Assembly (NCBI GenBank): GCA_051313645.2
Contig: JBNRSN020000014.1
Coordinates: 103,230,001 to 103,294,000 of the forward strand
DNA length: 64,000 bases
Reading direction: 5' to 3'
DNA from: Centroscyllium fabricii
Lineage: Eukaryota
Part shown: positions 60,904 through 64,000 of the stretch, piece by piece
How positions within the stretch are numbered: the first letter of the stretch is position 1
How the letters are laid out: the number at the start of each line of letters is the position of its first letter
Notes under the pieces: model-generated
The model's input: only the letters and a program-made list of their open reading frames with translations
Told to the model about the DNA's origin: nothing
Database searches by the model: none
Translations under genes and position numbers: made by a program

Positions 60904-63692
60904 GACTATGATAGTAAGAGAGCGGAATTGATTAAGGTGGACTGGGAAAACAGATTAAAGGGTAAGACGGTACATGATCAGTGGTGTGTATTCAAGGAGT
61001 TATTTTACAACTTTCAAGAAAACTATATTCCACTGAAGAAAAAAGGTGTAAAAGAAAAAACAGCTATCCGTGGCTAAGTAATGTAATAAAGGAGTGTATC
61101 CAACTAAAAACAAGGTTATATAAGGTAGCCAAATCTAGAAACATAGAAACATAGAAGATAGGAGCAGGAGTAGGTCATTCGGCCCTTCGAGCCTGCTCCG
61201 CCATTTGATGAGATCATGGCTGATCATCGAAACCCAGTACCCCAGTACCCCGCCCTCTCCCCATATCCCTCGATCCCTATCGAGCCTCCACCGACACACA
61301 TCCCACCCTATCCCCGTAACCCCACATATTTAATCCCCCTAACACTATGGGTCAATTTATCCTGGCCAATCAACCTAACCCGCACATCTTTGGACTGTGG
61401 GAGGAAACCGGAGCACCCGGAGGAAACCACGCAGACACGGGAGAATGTGACAACTCCACACAGATAGTACCCGAGGCTCGATTTGAACCCGGGTCTCTAG
61501 TGCTGTAAGGCAACAGTGCTAACCACTAGTGGGAAGATAGAAAATCGGGAAGCTTTTAAAAGTCAGCAAAAAATAACAAAAAGATTGATTAAGAAGGGGA
61601 CGATAGATTATGAAAGTAAATTAGCAAAAAATAAAAAAACAGATAGCAAGAGTTTCTATAGTTACATAAAAAGAAAAAGGGTTGCTAAAGTAAATGTTGG
61701 TCCCTTAGAGGATGAGACCGGGAAATTAATGGTAGGGGACATGGAGATGGCAAAAACGCTGAAAAAATATTTTGTATCAGTCTTTACAGTAGAGGACACT
61801 GAAAATATCCCAAACTGGATAAACAGGGGGCTCTAACTGGGGGGGGGGGGGGGGAGATGAGCTAATTATGATTAAAGTCACTAAGGAAGTGGTACTCGGT
61901 AAAATAATGGGACTTAAGGGGGGGATAGGTCCCCTGGACCTGATGGCTTGCATCCTAAGGTCTTGAGGGAAGTGGCGGTAGGGATTGTGGATGCATTGGT
62001 AATAATTTTTCAAAACACTCTGGACACGGCAAAGGTCCCAGCAGATTGGAAAACTGCTAATGTAATGCCTTTATTTAAAAAGGGTAGTAGACAGAAGGCT
62101 GGAAATTATAGACCAGTTAGCCTAACATCTGTGGTTGGCAAAATGTTAGAATCCATTATTAAGGAAACAGTAACAGGGCATTTGGATAAACATAATTTAA
62201 TAGGACAAAGTCAGCATGGTTTTACAAAGGGGAAGTCATGTTTGACAAATTTGCTAGAGTTCTTTGAGGACATAACATGCAGGGTGGATAAAGGGGAACC
62301 AGTGGATGTAGTGTATTTAGACTTCCAAAAGGCACTTGACAAGATGCCACACAAAAGATTATTACTCATGATAAAAAATCACAGGATTGGGGGTAATATT
62401 CTGACATGGGTGGAGGATTGGCTTTCTAACAGAAAACAGAGAATTGGGATAAATGGTTTATTCTCAGACTGGCAGTCAGTGACTGGTGGTGTTCCGCAAG
62501 GGTCGGTGCTGGAACCCCAACTCTTTACAATCTATATTAATGATTTGGAGGAAGGGACCAAGTGCAACATATCAAAGTTTGCGGATGACACAAAGATGGG
62601 AGGGAGTGTGATGAGTGAGGAGGACATTAAAAACCTGCAAAAGGACATAGATAGGCTAAGTGAGTGGGCAGAGATTTGGCAGATGGAATATAATACTGAA
62701 AAGTGTGAAGTTATGCACTTTGGCAGGAAAAATAATAGAGCGAGTTATTATCTAAATGGAAAGAAACTGGACAGTACTTCAGTGCAAAGGGATCTGGGGG
62801 TCCTGGTGCAGGAAACACAAAAGGTTACTATGCAGGTGCAGCAGGTGGTCAGGAAGGCCAACGGAATGTTGGCTTTTACTGCTAAGGGGATGGAGTATAA
62901 AAGCAGGGAGGTCTTGCTGCAGTTGTAGAGGGTGTTGGTGAGACCACACCTGGAGTACTGTGTGCAGTTCTGGTATCCACATTTAAGAAAGGACATACTT
63001 GCTCTCGAGGCAGTGCAAAGAAGGTTCACTAGGTTAATTTCGGGAATGAGGGGGCTGACATATGACGAGAGGTTGAGTGGATTGGGCTTCTACTCATTGG
63101 AGTTCTGAAGAATGAGAGGCGATCTTATTGAAACATATAAGATTGTGAAAGGGCTTGATCGGGTCGATGCGGTGAGCATTTTCCCAATGGTGGGTGAAAC
63201 TAGGACTAGGGGGCATAATCTAAAAATAAGGGGCTGCCATTTCAAAACTGAGATAAGGAGAAATTTCTTCACTCAGAGGGTGGTGAGGCTGTGGAATTTG
63301 CTGCCCCAGAGAGCTGTGGAAGCTACTACATTGAATAAGTTTAAAACAGATAGACAGTTTCCTGGAAGTAAAGGGAATTGGGGGTTATGGTGAGCGGGCA
63401 GGTAAGTGGACGTGAGGCTAGGTTCAGATCGGCCATGTGATCTCCTGGACCAGTTTTCGATCGCCTAGATGGTCTGGAGAGGAATTTCCCAGATATTTTC
63501 TCCCAAATTGGCCACTGGGTTTTTTATATTTTTTTGCCTCTCCCGGGTGATCACATGGGTTTGGGCGGGATGGAGAGTAAAAATAAAATTGAGGTTAGGA
63601 TCAGATCAGCCATAATCTTGTTGAATGGCGGAGCAGGCTCGAGGGGCCGATTGGCCTACTCCTGCTCCTATTTCTTTGTTCTTATGTTCTTA
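60904..63692 (+). mobile_element. CR1 LINE, degenerate ORF2 and long 3' UTR, with a SINE insertion
   Basis: RT ORF 61948-62928 plus flanking frames; (TCTTATGT)n tail. Confidence 0.9.
61136..61529 (-). mobile_element. HE1-like V-SINE lacking about 15 bp at its 5' end
   Basis: Homology to other copies; CTAG at both junctions. Confidence 0.9.
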
Positions 63693-63921
63693 TACTCGCT
63701 GGAGTTTAGAAGAATGAGAGTGGATCTCATTGAAACTCATAAAGTTCTAACAGGACTAGACAGACTAGGTGCAGGAAGGATGTTCCCAATTGTGGGGGAG
63801 TCCAGAATCAGGGGCCACAGTCTAAGGATAAGGGGTAAGCCATTTAGAACAGAGATGAGAAGGAATTTCTTCACCCAGAGAGTGGTGAACCTGTGGAATT
63901 CTCTACCACAGAAGGCCGTAG
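63689..63921 (+). mobile_element. CR1 RT-end fragment
   Basis: Near-identical to 21638-21870. Confidence 0.85.
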
Positions 63922-64000
63922 TTTGGGTTAATATATCTGTTAATATCTGTACATTTCTGCAAGGACCTGTACCAGCTGACCCCGCCTCTGGGTACTAGTA

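Overview
Vertebrate genomic DNA, most likely an elasmobranch (HE1-like V-SINEs, SacSINE1-like DeuSINEs, HER1-like CR1 LINEs), made up mostly of nested transposable elements. It holds three Gypsy LTR elements (one CsRN1-type, two Mag-type), many CR1 copies (one with an open 921-aa ORF2), RTE, L2 and a second CR1-group LINE, an ERV-like LTR and a Penelope-like element with two hammerhead motifs. It also holds PIF/Harbinger remnants with several MITE families and a hAT-like element with a 29-bp minisatellite. The only recognisable host-gene sequence is an intronless METTL6 retrocopy (minus strand, one Trp->TGA stop). It has no poly(A) and no TSD and ends in a 5'-truncated SINE with the CR1 tail, suggesting mRNA retroposition by CR1 machinery through a SINE-mRNA chimera. 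Other highlights are a 103-bp-arm palindrome at a SINE 5' junction, conserved AG..GTAAG splice-signal arrays in MITEs, and a candidate CRE promoter/first exon. All family names come from recognised motifs, not database searches.
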